64,000 nt of DNA from an uncultured Nitrospiraceae bacterium (GTDB lineage Bacteria; Nitrospirota; Thermodesulfovibrionia; Thermodesulfovibrionales; UBA6898), in assembly GCA_963811165.1 (NCBI GenBank), contig CAWEQH010000010.1, positions 448,001-512,000 on the forward strand, written 5' to 3'. Position 1 is the stretch's first letter; every line of letters starts with the position of its first letter. Made by a program: the position numbers and the translations under genes. This document shows, piece by piece, positions 39,063 to 48,486 of this stretch. Under the pieces are notes generated by a model, which did not search any database, was not told where the DNA came from, and saw only the letters and a program-made list of their open reading frames with translations.

Positions 39063-40304
39063 TCAAAGACCTTTGTTGATAGTTTTTAGGACCTCTTCAA
39101 AAGAGACGAGATTCGGCTTTATATGATAGGGGGAAGGCGTGTGTCCCTGCAGCGCCTCCTGCGTCTTAAGACCGTTGCCGGTAATGCATATCACGGTCAC
39201 TTCGTCTCTCTTGATCCTGCCTGCCTCGATAAGTTTCTTAGTCGCTGCGAGGGTAACGCCTCCGGCGGTCTCCGCAAATATCCCCTCTGTACGCGCCAGA
39301 AGCTTGATCGCATCGATGATTTCCTGATCGGACACGTCCTCCGCATACCCGCCGGTCTCCCTGACCACCTGAGATGCATAAAAACCGTCCGCGGGATTCC
39401 CGATAGCGAGGGATTTCGCTATGGTGTTGGGCTTTACGGGTCTTATCACATCCACGCCCTGTTTGATCGCCGCCGTAATCGGGGAACACCCTGTGGCCTG
39501 GGCCGCAAAGACGCTGCTTTGGAGTTCCTTGATGATGCCTATGTCCCTGAATTCCTTGAAGCTCTTCCATACCTTCGTCAGAAGCGATCCGCTTGCACAG
39601 GGCACAACGACATTGTCGGGCGCCTTCCAGCCGAGCTGTTCTATCACCTCGAACCCGAGGGTCTTCGAGCCCTCCGCATAAAACGGTCTTATGTTTATGT
39701 TCACGAAGGCCCACCGGTATTTATTGGCGATTTCGCTGCAAAGCCTGTTTACGTCGTCATAATTGCCGTCGACAGCGACAAGGTGCGGCTCGTAGACAAG
39801 AGATGCGATGATCTTCGAGGCCTCAAGCGATGCAGGGATAAAGATAAACCGCTTGAACCCTGCCCGGGCGCCGTGTGCAGAGACAGAATGGGCGAGGTTC
39901 CCCGTCGAGGCGCACGCCACTGTGTCAAACCCGAATTCCTTCGCCTTTGTCAGGGCTATCGAGACGACGCGGTCCTTGAACGAGAGCGTCGGGTGGACTA
40001 CCGTATCGTCCTTTATGTAGAGCTCATCAACCCCGAGCACCTTTGCAAGATTGTGTGCCTTCACAAGCGGCGTAAAACCGGAGTCCAGCCCCACCTGGGG
40101 CTCGCCGTCTATAGGGAGAAGCTCCCTGTATCTCCAGAGGTTCTTGTCCCTCTTCTCTATCTTTTTCCTGCTTATCTCCTTGGCGATGCTTTTATAATCA
40201 TATGCCACCTCGAGCGGACCGAAACAAAACTCGCATACATATATCGGTTCAACGGGATATTCCCTGCCGCATTCTCTGCATTTAAGACCTTTTATATATC
40301 CCAC
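39063..40304 (-). CDS. thrC: Threonine synthase (or thrC-like PLP enzyme)
   Basis: N-terminal CxxC/CxxC, PTLSFKDR, CASTGN, GSKT, ITGNGLKT. Confidence 0.9.
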   Translation of the reverse strand: MGYIKGLKCRECGREYPVEPIYVCEFCFGPLEVAYDYKSIAKEISRKKIEKRDKNLWRYRELLPIDGEPQVGLDSGFTPLVKAHNLAKVLGVDELYIKDDTVVHPTLSFKDRVVSIALTKAKEFGFDTVACASTGNLAHSVSAHGARAGFKRFIFIPASLEASKIIASLVYEPHLVAVDGNYDDVNRLCSEIANKYRWAFVNINIRPFYAEGSKTLGFEVIEQLGWKAPDNVVVPCASGSLLTKVWKSFKEFRDIGIIKELQSSVFAAQATGCSPITAAIKQGVDVIRPVKPNTIAKSLAIGNPADGFYASQVVRETGGYAEDVSDQEIIDAIKLLARTEGIFAETAGGVTLAATKKLIEAGRIKRDEVTVICITGNGLKTQEALQGHTPSPYHIKPNLVSFEEVLKTINKGL

Positions 40305-40453
40305 ACCGTATACCTCCCGCCTAAAAGTAAATCATATTTTACTTCATATCGCCCAATAATTCAAAGAGCGAGGCAGAGAGGATATAAGGCTTCAGTGACG
40401 GGGAGATATTTCAAACAAAATCCCCCGCATGGTGTAAAATAGTCTTCACCGAT

Positions 40454-41095
40454 ATGGAACTGATCAAGACGTTCTTCGATATCTTTATGCACCTGGACAA
40501 ACACCTGGCGGCGGTCATCCAAAACTATGGCGCATGGACCTATCTCATACTCTTTCTTATCATCTTTTGCGAGACCGGGTTGGTAATAACGCCCATACTC
40601 CCCGGAGATTCCCTCCTCTTTGCGGCGGGGGCGCTCGCCTCCACGAGTTCCCTGGATGTAGTCACCCTATTCGGCCTCCTGAGCTTCGCTGCAATCGCCG
40701 GCAATACGACGAATTACTGGATCGGTCATCTCATCGGGCCAAGGATATTTCATAAACAAAACGTTCGCCTTTTAAACAGGGAATATTTGGACAAGACCCA
40801 TCGCTTCTACGAAAAACACGGGGGGAAAACGATCGTCATCGCGCGGTTCATCCCGATCATTCGCACCTTTGCCCCTTTTGTCGCGGGCATTGGGGCCATG
40901 ACGCACTGGAGGTTCGCCCTTTACAATATAGTAGCGGGCATCGCATGGGTCGGCATATTCGTCTTCGCCGGGTATCACTTCGGCAACATACCCGTGGTGA
41001 AGCGAAACTTTACCCTGGTGATCTTCGCTATCGTATTTATATCGATGCTGCCGGGCATCATCGAATTCCTCAGACACCGCAGGCGGCCTGCGTAG
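40454..41095 (+). CDS. dedA: DedA family membrane protein
   Basis: FCETGL...LPGDSLLF, ARFIPIIRTFAPFVAG. Confidence 0.93.
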   Translation: MELIKTFFDIFMHLDKHLAAVIQNYGAWTYLILFLIIFCETGLVITPILPGDSLLFAAGALASTSSLDVVTLFGLLSFAAIAGNTTNYWIGHLIGPRIFHKQNVRLLNREYLDKTHRFYEKHGGKTIVIARFIPIIRTFAPFVAGIGAMTHWRFALYNIVAGIAWVGIFVFAGYHFGNIPVVKRNFTLVIFAIVFISMLPGIIEFLRHRRRPA

Positions 41096-41203
41096 CTGCT
41101 CGCCGGAATCTGATCCGGGCGTCGTCACTTTCGTGTCACCAAACGATAAAAAAGTGGTATTATTCTAATATTGACAACGCCGTAAAAAGTTTTTTTCAAG
41201 GCT

Positions 41204-41284
41204 GTCATTCCCGAAGTCCTTAATCGGGAATCCATTCTTTTTAGGAAGTACACGCCTCTGGATTCCCGCCTTCGCGGGAATGAC
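41204..41284. repeat. Paired REP-like palindromes (BIME-like)
   Basis: GTCATTCCCG..CGGGAATCCA ... TGGATTCCCGC..GCGGGAATGAC. Confidence 0.8.
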
Positions 41285-41349
41285 GACTTTTTACATGTGT
41301 ATCAATATTGTCTCACCCTGGAAAATGACTTTTCGGGGATAATGTTTTC

Positions 41350-42372
41350 ATGCCCGGAGATAAATTATTGACGGACACATTCAAAACAAAATGTATACTC
41401 TCGGCGGCGCTTATAGTCCTGATTATATCAGGCGGTACCCTGGGGTACGTATTCCTGGAGGGATGGGACCTTTTCGATGCCTTCTATATGACGGTCATAA
41501 CGCTGACGACAGTGGGGTTCGGCGAGGTCCATCCACTGTCGCGCATCGGGAGAATGTTCACTGTGGCACTTATCGTAGTCGGTGTCGGCGCGGTCTTTTA
41601 CGCGCTGAGTACCGGTGCCAAATTTATGCTTGAAGGTGAATTACAGGAGATATTCGGGAGGAAGAGATTGGAAAAGAAGATCAAAGAACTGACGGACCAC
41701 TTCATTGTGTGCGGCTATGGCAGGATGGGCAGAATAATCTGCAGGGAGTTGGGGGAGAAAAAGATCCCCTTTGTCGTCATCGAAAAAATGCCCGAGAAAC
41801 TCCTCGACGGGCAGGACGTTCTTTTGGTCGAGGGGGACGCGACCAAGGACGAGATATTGAAGGAAGTGGGCATAAAGAAGGCGAAAGGCCTGATATCGGT
41901 CCTTCCCACCGACGCCGAGAACCTTTACGTTGTGCTGAGCGCCAGAGGACTGAACCCCAACCTGATGATTGTGGCCCGTGCCGGGGATGAAGGTTCTGAA
42001 CAGAAGCTTATGAGGGCGGGTGCGGACAGGGTCGTCTCACCTTACCATATCGGAGGTCTTCGTATCGCACACACTGTTTTGAAACCCGCGGTGGTGGATT
42101 TCATCGAGTTTGCCACAAAGAGCGGTAATATCGACCTTCAGATGGAAGAAATAACTATTAAGGAGAACTCCGGACTCGTCGGTCTCACGTTAGATGAATG
42201 CGGGATTGGCAGGGACCTGGGTATCATCGTCGTTGCCATCAAGCAAGGCTCGGGGGAGATGAGGTTCAACCCCACATACAAGACTGCGATACAGGCAGGA
42301 GACACTCTGATCGCATTGGGCGAGATATCCAAACTTCAGACCCTGGAAGATATGGCGATACGGCAAAGGTAA
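41350..42372 (+). CDS. Potassium channel with RCK (TrkA-N/TrkA-C) domains
   Basis: TTVGFG selectivity filter, CGYGRMG, GDAT. Confidence 0.92.
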   Translation: MPGDKLLTDTFKTKCILSAALIVLIISGGTLGYVFLEGWDLFDAFYMTVITLTTVGFGEVHPLSRIGRMFTVALIVVGVGAVFYALSTGAKFMLEGELQEIFGRKRLEKKIKELTDHFIVCGYGRMGRIICRELGEKKIPFVVIEKMPEKLLDGQDVLLVEGDATKDEILKEVGIKKAKGLISVLPTDAENLYVVLSARGLNPNLMIVARAGDEGSEQKLMRAGADRVVSPYHIGGLRIAHTVLKPAVVDFIEFATKSGNIDLQMEEITIKENSGLVGLTLDECGIGRDLGIIVVAIKQGSGEMRFNPTYKTAIQAGDTLIALGEISKLQTLEDMAIRQR

Positions 42373-42439
42373 TAGTGTCTGTGCGTCATCTTTTGCCTCT
42401 TGATATATCACCGGTGAAATTTGCGGACCATAAGGAAAC

Positions 42440-42793
42440 ATGACCGCCTTTGTTGCGATTGCATTGATAGTGCTTCTGGGTGTTACCCTTCTCGTCCTTC
42501 TTTCCGGCATCGCCCTCTATGCCAGACTGATAAAACTCAGAACAGCGGTCACATCCGCGCGGGCGGAGATAGACAATGCCCTCAAGAAGCGACATGTGTC
42601 TCCCGACCTCAGGAGCGACACCGATTTTGGGAGGCTGCAGGATGGGCTTGGGAAGGTTGAAGACAACATAACGGCTGAGGCCCGCGCTTACAATGCGGCG
42701 GCTAGGGATTACAATTCAGCGATCGAAACCTTTCCTGCAGACTTAATCGCGAAGTGTTTCAGCCTAAAAAAATCCGAGTTCTTTGATCCTTAA
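42440..42793 (+). CDS. LemA family protein (short)
   Basis: N-terminal TM, IDNALKKR, EDNITAEARAYNAAARDYN...FP. Confidence 0.75.
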   Translation: MTAFVAIALIVLLGVTLLVLLSGIALYARLIKLRTAVTSARAEIDNALKKRHVSPDLRSDTDFGRLQDGLGKVEDNITAEARAYNAAARDYNSAIETFPADLIAKCFSLKKSEFFDP

Positions 42794-42873
42794 TAACCAA
42801 ATATTGTCAGAACCTCATGGTTTATGTTGTAATTGATATATTTCAGAAAGAGGCGTTTTACTAATCCTTACAT

Positions 42874-43272
42874 ATGACAAAATACGAGCCGCTGAATAAA
42901 TTTCTCAAAAACACAAGGCGCCACAGGAGATTTCCCGTGGAGGGGATGGACATCCGCATACAGTCAAAAGCTGAGGCTGAAACGTCTGGTCCTTCCCAAG
43001 ATTACAGGGTAATATCGATCAACCTGGGAGGGGCGCTTATGGAGGGAGAGAGTAGCCACCAACAGGATAACAAGTTATGTATAGAGCTCCTCCTTCCCGA
43101 AAATGTCCGCATCTCCCTTACCGGAAGAGTCACCTCCTGTCACCTCTCAAAAGCCAACGACAAGCGGTACGATGTGGGGATTGAGTTCATGTCCATGTCA
43201 GAGGAGGACAGGGGAAAACTAAAGCAATTTATTCAATGGCTCTACCTCAAAGATGCGGGATTCACGGAATAA
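42874..43272 (+). CDS. PilZ domain protein
   Basis: RRHRR motif, INLGG, GIEF. Confidence 0.8.
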   Translation: MTKYEPLNKFLKNTRRHRRFPVEGMDIRIQSKAEAETSGPSQDYRVISINLGGALMEGESSHQQDNKLCIELLLPENVRISLTGRVTSCHLSKANDKRYDVGIEFMSMSEEDRGKLKQFIQWLYLKDAGFTE

Positions 43273-43289
43273 ACATTCTTAAAAAGCTC

Positions 43290-44225
43290 TCAGCGTTCGG
43301 CTCTCAGCAGTTCAAGCGTCTTATTCAGACTCGCCATGTCCTCGACGTTGAAGATCCTCGCTGCAGGCTCTATCCTTTTAATAAGGCCCGAAAGCACCTT
43401 GCCCGGACCCGCTTCGATGAAGGTGCTTACGCCTTTATTTATGATATTCCTGATCGAGTCTTCCCATAAGAGCGGGCTATTGAGTTGCTTGACGAGTGAT
43501 ACCTTGATCTTTTCGGCGTTCATAAGAAACATCGCATCGGCGTTGTTTACAACCGGGACGACCGGATCTTTAAGTTCGATCGTATTGAGCAGTTCTCCAA
43601 GTCTGCTTGAGGCGCCGAGCATTAGCGTGCAGTGCGAAGGGGCGGATACGGCAAGCGGCAGCGCGCGCTTTGCGCCGGCCTCCTTGGCGAGTTTCATCGC
43701 GTCTTCGACAGCCTTCTTCTCACCGGCAATCACGATCTGGCCGGGACAATTATAGTTCGCCGGCGAGACATATCCTGATTCGACCGAAAGACAGATCTCA
43801 TCCACCTTGTTCCTGCCCAGGCCGATTATCGCCGCCATAAGCCCCTCGCCTTCCTTCACCGCCTCCTGCATGAACTGCCCTCTTTTTTCGGTGAGCCTTA
43901 CCGCGTCCTTAAGAGGGATGACGCCCGCTGCAACGAGGGCCGAATACTCGCCGAGGCTGTGACCGGCCACCACATCGGGAACAATCCCCTTGAGAGTTAA
44001 CACCGTATGCACCGCGATACTTGCGGTAAGAAGACAAGGCTGTGTCCTATATGTCTTATTGAGTTCTTCCTGAGGGCCTTCGAAGCTCAGCGCCTTTACG
44101 TCATACCCAAGTGCCGAAGATGCATCTTTATATAACGCCTTCACCTCATCGAAGTTTTCCCAAAGATCTTTCCCCATACCCACATATTGGGAGCCCTGAC
44201 CCGGAAATACGAAGGCCGTCTTCAT
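43290..44225 (-). CDS. fabD: Malonyl CoA-ACP transacylase
   Basis: FVFPGQGSQ, TQP, GHSLGEY, ANYNCPGQ, GPGKVL; start at MKTAF. Confidence 0.97.
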   Translation of the reverse strand: MKTAFVFPGQGSQYVGMGKDLWENFDEVKALYKDASSALGYDVKALSFEGPQEELNKTYRTQPCLLTASIAVHTVLTLKGIVPDVVAGHSLGEYSALVAAGVIPLKDAVRLTEKRGQFMQEAVKEGEGLMAAIIGLGRNKVDEICLSVESGYVSPANYNCPGQIVIAGEKKAVEDAMKLAKEAGAKRALPLAVSAPSHCTLMLGASSRLGELLNTIELKDPVVPVVNNADAMFLMNAEKIKVSLVKQLNSPLLWEDSIRNIINKGVSTFIEAGPGKVLSGLIKRIEPAARIFNVEDMASLNKTLELLRAER

Positions 44226-45409
44226 GCTCCCCTTATCTCCCTTATCCTCTTCGTCAGCATCGGGACAATCTCGAAGATGTCTCCGACGATCCCGTAGTTC
44301 GCCACAGTGAATATAGGCGCCTCGGGATTTTTGTTTATCGCAACGATGATGTCTGAAGACTGCATCCCTACGAGGTGCTGTACCGCGCCGGATATGCCGC
44401 AGGCTATATATAATTTCGGGCCGACCGTCTTTCCCGTCTGGCCTATCTGGTGCCTGTAGGGGATCCATCCTTCGTCGACAGCCGCCCGCGAGGCCCCTAC
44501 GCAGCCGCCCAAAGCCTCGGCAAGTTCATAGAGCATCTGAAAGCCCTTCTCGCCGCCAACCCCTCTTCCGCCTGAAACAATGATGTTGGCCTCCTGGAGA
44601 TTCACCGATACTTCGGATACCTCTTTGACCGTCTCGATCACCTTCGTCCTTGACCTTACATTGCCGGCCCCGACCTTGACGATCTCGCCCTTTCTCTGCG
44701 CATCATACTCCGCCCTTTTCATCACCCTCGGCCTTACCGTCGCCATCTGCGGCCTTGTGTGAGGACAAAGTATGGTCGCCATAATATTGCCGCCGAAGGC
44801 CGGCCGGACCTGAAGAAGGTTCTTCGTTTCCCTGTCTATATCAAGGGCGGTGCAATCGGCGGTAAGACCGGTCTTCAGCCTTGCCGCAACCCTAGGGACA
44901 AAAGACCTGCCGATAGGTGTGGCCCCCGCCAAAACAATCTCCGGCTTATGCAGGGTGATCAGATCCGAAAGAAGCGCAGCATAGGGCTCGTCGTTGAAGT
45001 TCTTTACTATCTCCTCGCCACAGTGATATACCCGGTCAGCGCCCCATTTTATGAGCTCATCCGCGCCGGTTTCCGAGGGGCCGAAGAGGACGGCGGAGAC
45101 CTTTGTTCCGAGCATACCGGCAAGTCTCCGGCCTGCGCCGAGGAGCTCAAAAGAAACTCCCGCTATGATCCCTTCACGCTGTTCGGCAAAGACCCAGACG
45201 CCGCTGCCCTGGCCCTTCTCTTTTTCGTCGTAATCTTCCCGGACCTCAGTGATCGCGCCTTCCGGGCATACGCTCAGGCATGCCCTGCAGAGCTGGCAGA
45301 GTTCGTTGATCTCGGCCTTACCCTCTTTTATAACGATTGCGTCATAAGGGCATGAGGAGATGCATGTCTCGCAGGCAGTACACTTGTCTTTCGTTATCCT
45401 TATAAACAT
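44222..45409 (-). CDS. etfA: Electron transfer flavoprotein alpha with N-terminal 2x[4Fe-4S] ferredoxin domain
   Basis: CTACETCISSCP, CQLCRACLSVCP, GLTADC, QIGQTG, GISGAVQH. Confidence 0.93.
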   Translation of the reverse strand: MFIRITKDKCTACETCISSCPYDAIVIKEGKAEINELCQLCRACLSVCPEGAITEVREDYDEKEKGQGSGVWVFAEQREGIIAGVSFELLGAGRRLAGMLGTKVSAVLFGPSETGADELIKWGADRVYHCGEEIVKNFNDEPYAALLSDLITLHKPEIVLAGATPIGRSFVPRVAARLKTGLTADCTALDIDRETKNLLQVRPAFGGNIMATILCPHTRPQMATVRPRVMKRAEYDAQRKGEIVKVGAGNVRSRTKVIETVKEVSEVSVNLQEANIIVSGGRGVGGEKGFQMLYELAEALGGCVGASRAAVDEGWIPYRHQIGQTGKTVGPKLYIACGISGAVQHLVGMQSSDIIVAINKNPEAPIFTVANYGIVGDIFEIVPMLTKRIREIRGA

Positions 45410-46182
45410 TTCAGCCCCACCAGTTCTTTTACGATAGAATCGATTTTTTCCTGGGTCGTGCCCTCGACCATCTTTCGGTCTTTCTTTGCATCGGGTGCAA
45501 AGATGTTCCTAACCTGGGTCGGAGACCCCTTCAGTCCGAGGCTGCTTTCGACAGCCTCGATGTCGGCGGCAGACAGCTTCTTTATCTCGGCCTTCTTGGC
45601 GGCCATCTTGCCCTTAAGCGACGGCATCCTCGGCACGTTCAGTTCTCTCACCACCGTCAGAAGCACAGGGAGGGAGGATTCTATCACATCGAAGCCGTCG
45701 TCCATCAGCCGCTCCACTATGATTCTGTCGTTTTGTATCTCATCGATCTTCCTTATATACGCCACATGCGGTATGTCGAGAAATTCCGCGATCTCGGGCC
45801 CGACCTGGGCCGTATCCCCATCTATCGCCTGTTTGCCGCAGAGTATGACATCGGCGCCCAAGTATTCCATTGCCTTTGAAAGCGCATAGGCGGTCGCCCA
45901 CGTGTCTGAGCCGGCAAAGGCCCTGTCGGTCAGGAGCACCGCATGATCGACGCCCATCGAGATCGCCTCCCTGAGGGCGGCCTCTGCCTGGGGCGGGCCC
46001 ATCGTGACTACCGTGACCGTCCCTCCGATCTTTTCCCTTATCTGAAGACCCGCCTCGATCGCATGCATGTCGTAAGGGTTAATTATGCTCTGCACACCGT
46101 CTCTGATCAGCGTGTTCGTCTCGGGATTGATCCTCACCTCAGCGGTGTCAGGGACCTGTTTTACACATACGACTATCTTCAC
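45400..46182 (-). CDS. etfB: Electron transfer flavoprotein beta
   Basis: VCVKQVPD, NPYD, GKQAIDGDTAQVGP. Confidence 0.95.
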   Translation of the reverse strand: MKIVVCVKQVPDTAEVRINPETNTLIRDGVQSIINPYDMHAIEAGLQIREKIGGTVTVVTMGPPQAEAALREAISMGVDHAVLLTDRAFAGSDTWATAYALSKAMEYLGADVILCGKQAIDGDTAQVGPEIAEFLDIPHVAYIRKIDEIQNDRIIVERLMDDGFDVIESSLPVLLTVVRELNVPRMPSLKGKMAAKKAEIKKLSAADIEAVESSLGLKGSPTQVRNIFAPDAKKDRKMVEGTTQEKIDSIVKELVGLKCL

Positions 46183-46299
46183 AGATTTTTTCCTCCAGAA
46201 TTATTGAAACGGCTCTATTATATCAAACTGAAACAACAAACTCTTGACACAAAAATGCATTTAGAACAAATAATGCAGAGACATGCGGAAAAAGTCGTC

Positions 46300-47463
46300 T
46301 TATTTATTATTTCTTGCGGCCTCTTTAATAAGCGCCTGCCCGATAACGTTCCTCTGTATCTGGTTCGTCCCCTCATAGATCTGAAGTATCTTTGCGTCCC
46401 TCATCATTTTTTCAACGGGGTATTCCTTCATATAGCCCGAACCTCCCATCACCTGGACCGCGTCTACCGTGACCTTCATCGCAACGTCCGTCGCAAAGAC
46501 CTTCGACATCGCAGACTCCTTGGAGACGTCCTTGGCGCCGCTGTCTACGAGCCTGGCGACCGCGTACACAAGGGCACGCGCGGCCTCGATCGAAGTAGCC
46601 ATGTCGGCAAGCATATGCTGCACCGCCTGGAAGGTTATGACCGGGTGGCCGAACTGCACCCTCTGGCGGGCGAATTTCACCGCCTCTTCAAAGGCGCCCT
46701 GAGCGACGCCCACTCCCTGAGCCCCCACTCCGGTCCGCGAATTATCGAGCGTCTTCATTGCAACGACAAACCCCATCCCTTCTTTGCCGATAAGATTGTC
46801 CTTGGGGATGCGGCAATTATCGAATATGAGCTCCGTAGTTGCCGAGGCCCTTATCCCCATCTTGTTTTCCTTCTTGCCGAAAGAGAATCCGGGCGTGCCT
46901 TTCTCAGCGACAAAGGCTGACGCACCGCGGGGCCCTTTTGAGCGGTCGGTTATTGCGATGATCGTATATATCTCGGCCTCACCGCCGTTGGTGATCCACT
47001 GCTTCGTGCCGTTTAGGATATATTCATTTCCCTCAAGACGCGCGGTAGTCTGTATCCCGCTTGCGTCGCTGCCCGCGTTCGCTTCGGTCAGGCCGAAAGC
47101 GACAAGTCTCTTTCCGGCGGCAATGTCCGGAAGGTACTTCTTTTTCTGCGCATCAGTGCCGAAGAGCAAAAGGGGATAGGTCCCAAGGGCATTGGCCGCA
47201 TAGGTAGTCGACACGCCCAGACACGCCCTGGACAACTCCTCGACCGCTATGGAAAGTTCAAGGCATCCTTTCCCAAGACCGCCGAATTCTTCTGGTATAA
47301 AAAGACCGAAAAGGTCGGATTGGGCCAACGTCTTCATTATGTCCCAGGGGAATTGCCCTGTTTCGTCGAGCTCGCTTCTTACGGGCACGATCTTCTCTTC
47401 GGCGATCTGCCGCGCAAGGTCTCTAATCATAATCTGTTCTTCACTCAAAAAATAATCCATCAT
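46300..47463 (-). CDS. Acyl-CoA dehydrogenase (Bcd-like)
   Basis: FGLTEANAGSD, NGTKQWITNG, KMGIRAS, IYEGTNQIQR. Confidence 0.95.
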   Translation of the reverse strand: MMDYFLSEEQIMIRDLARQIAEEKIVPVRSELDETGQFPWDIMKTLAQSDLFGLFIPEEFGGLGKGCLELSIAVEELSRACLGVSTTYAANALGTYPLLLFGTDAQKKKYLPDIAAGKRLVAFGLTEANAGSDASGIQTTARLEGNEYILNGTKQWITNGGEAEIYTIIAITDRSKGPRGASAFVAEKGTPGFSFGKKENKMGIRASATTELIFDNCRIPKDNLIGKEGMGFVVAMKTLDNSRTGVGAQGVGVAQGAFEEAVKFARQRVQFGHPVITFQAVQHMLADMATSIEAARALVYAVARLVDSGAKDVSKESAMSKVFATDVAMKVTVDAVQVMGGSGYMKEYPVEKMMRDAKILQIYEGTNQIQRNVIGQALIKEAARNNK

Positions 47464-47612
47464 TACCTCCAGAATTTCGCTCGCCCGATCAAATAAAGAT
47501 GTTCCAAATCATGGATCGTCACACAACTGCCAATTTTACCAGAATTGGCATACTTTTTGGAAGAAAAGTAAAGAATCAGCGCCCGGTGCGGGACATACCC
47601 GCACTCCCGCCG

Positions 47613-48458
47613 CTAATGTCTGCCCAGTTGTTCTTTCGACGCGGTCACGCCCCCTAGCCTCGTTTTCTTCGAGGCCTTCCCCTTCTTTCCTAAAGTCCTG
47701 TAAAGATCGAAAGCCCTTTGAGGGGAGGCGTTTTCATGAACAACAGCCCTGACAGCCTGTATCATGGCGACAGGGTCATCGGCCTGGAAGATGTTTCTCC
47801 CCATGTCGACCCCCGCCGCTCCTCTTTTGATCGCATTATGGGTGAGTTCGAGCGCTTCCAACTCGGGCAGTTTCTTGCCGCCGGCCATCACAAGAGGTAC
47901 GGGGCAGGTCTTTACCAGTTTCTCGAAGCCCTCGCAGTAATAGGTCTTTACCACGTGGGCGCCCAGTTCCGCCGCGATACGGCAGCAAAGCGCAAGATAC
48001 CGGGCGTCCCTCGCCATGTCCTTGCCGACGGCCGTCACCGCAAGGACCGGAATACCGAACCGGTGGCCTTCATCTATCAGTTTAGTCAGATTAAGGAGCG
48101 TCTGTTTTTCGTTGGGAGAGCCGACATATATGGACAGGGCCACCGCAGAGACATTGAGCCTCACCGCATCATCCATCGCCACCGTGATCCCTTCATCCGA
48201 AAGCTCGCTCAGGATACTGTTGCCGCCGGAGACCCTCAGGACTATAGGCGTTTCGGTAGATGCATCTACCGAAGTTCTGAGGACGCCTCTTGTGGGCATA
48301 AGCGCATCGGCATATGGCAAAAGGGGTCCGATCGTTCTGCCCGGGTCTTCGAGCCCTGAGGTGGGACCAAGAAAATATCCGTGGTCGACCGCAAGCATCA
48401 CTGTCTTGCCGTCGGGTTTGATTATCCTTGAAAGACGGTTTTTAATTCCCCAATCCAT
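47613..48458 (-). CDS. lsrF: LsrF-like class I aldolase/thiolase
   Basis: MDWGIKNRL, AVDHGYFLGP, VKTYY, AGGKK, GVDMGRNIFQ. Confidence 0.88.
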   Translation of the reverse strand: MDWGIKNRLSRIIKPDGKTVMLAVDHGYFLGPTSGLEDPGRTIGPLLPYADALMPTRGVLRTSVDASTETPIVLRVSGGNSILSELSDEGITVAMDDAVRLNVSAVALSIYVGSPNEKQTLLNLTKLIDEGHRFGIPVLAVTAVGKDMARDARYLALCCRIAAELGAHVVKTYYCEGFEKLVKTCPVPLVMAGGKKLPELEALELTHNAIKRGAAGVDMGRNIFQADDPVAMIQAVRAVVHENASPQRAFDLYRTLGKKGKASKKTRLGGVTASKEQLGRH

Positions 48459-48486
48459 AATATGTCCTCCTGATATTTTTTCCGCC

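Noticed and set aside
39123..40442. Long plus-strand ORF (439 aa) and similar antisense ORFs (36845..37765, 37820..38869, 45943..46920, 57696..58601, 62481..63428)
   Set aside because: Shadow frames opposite well-recognised genes; no motifs
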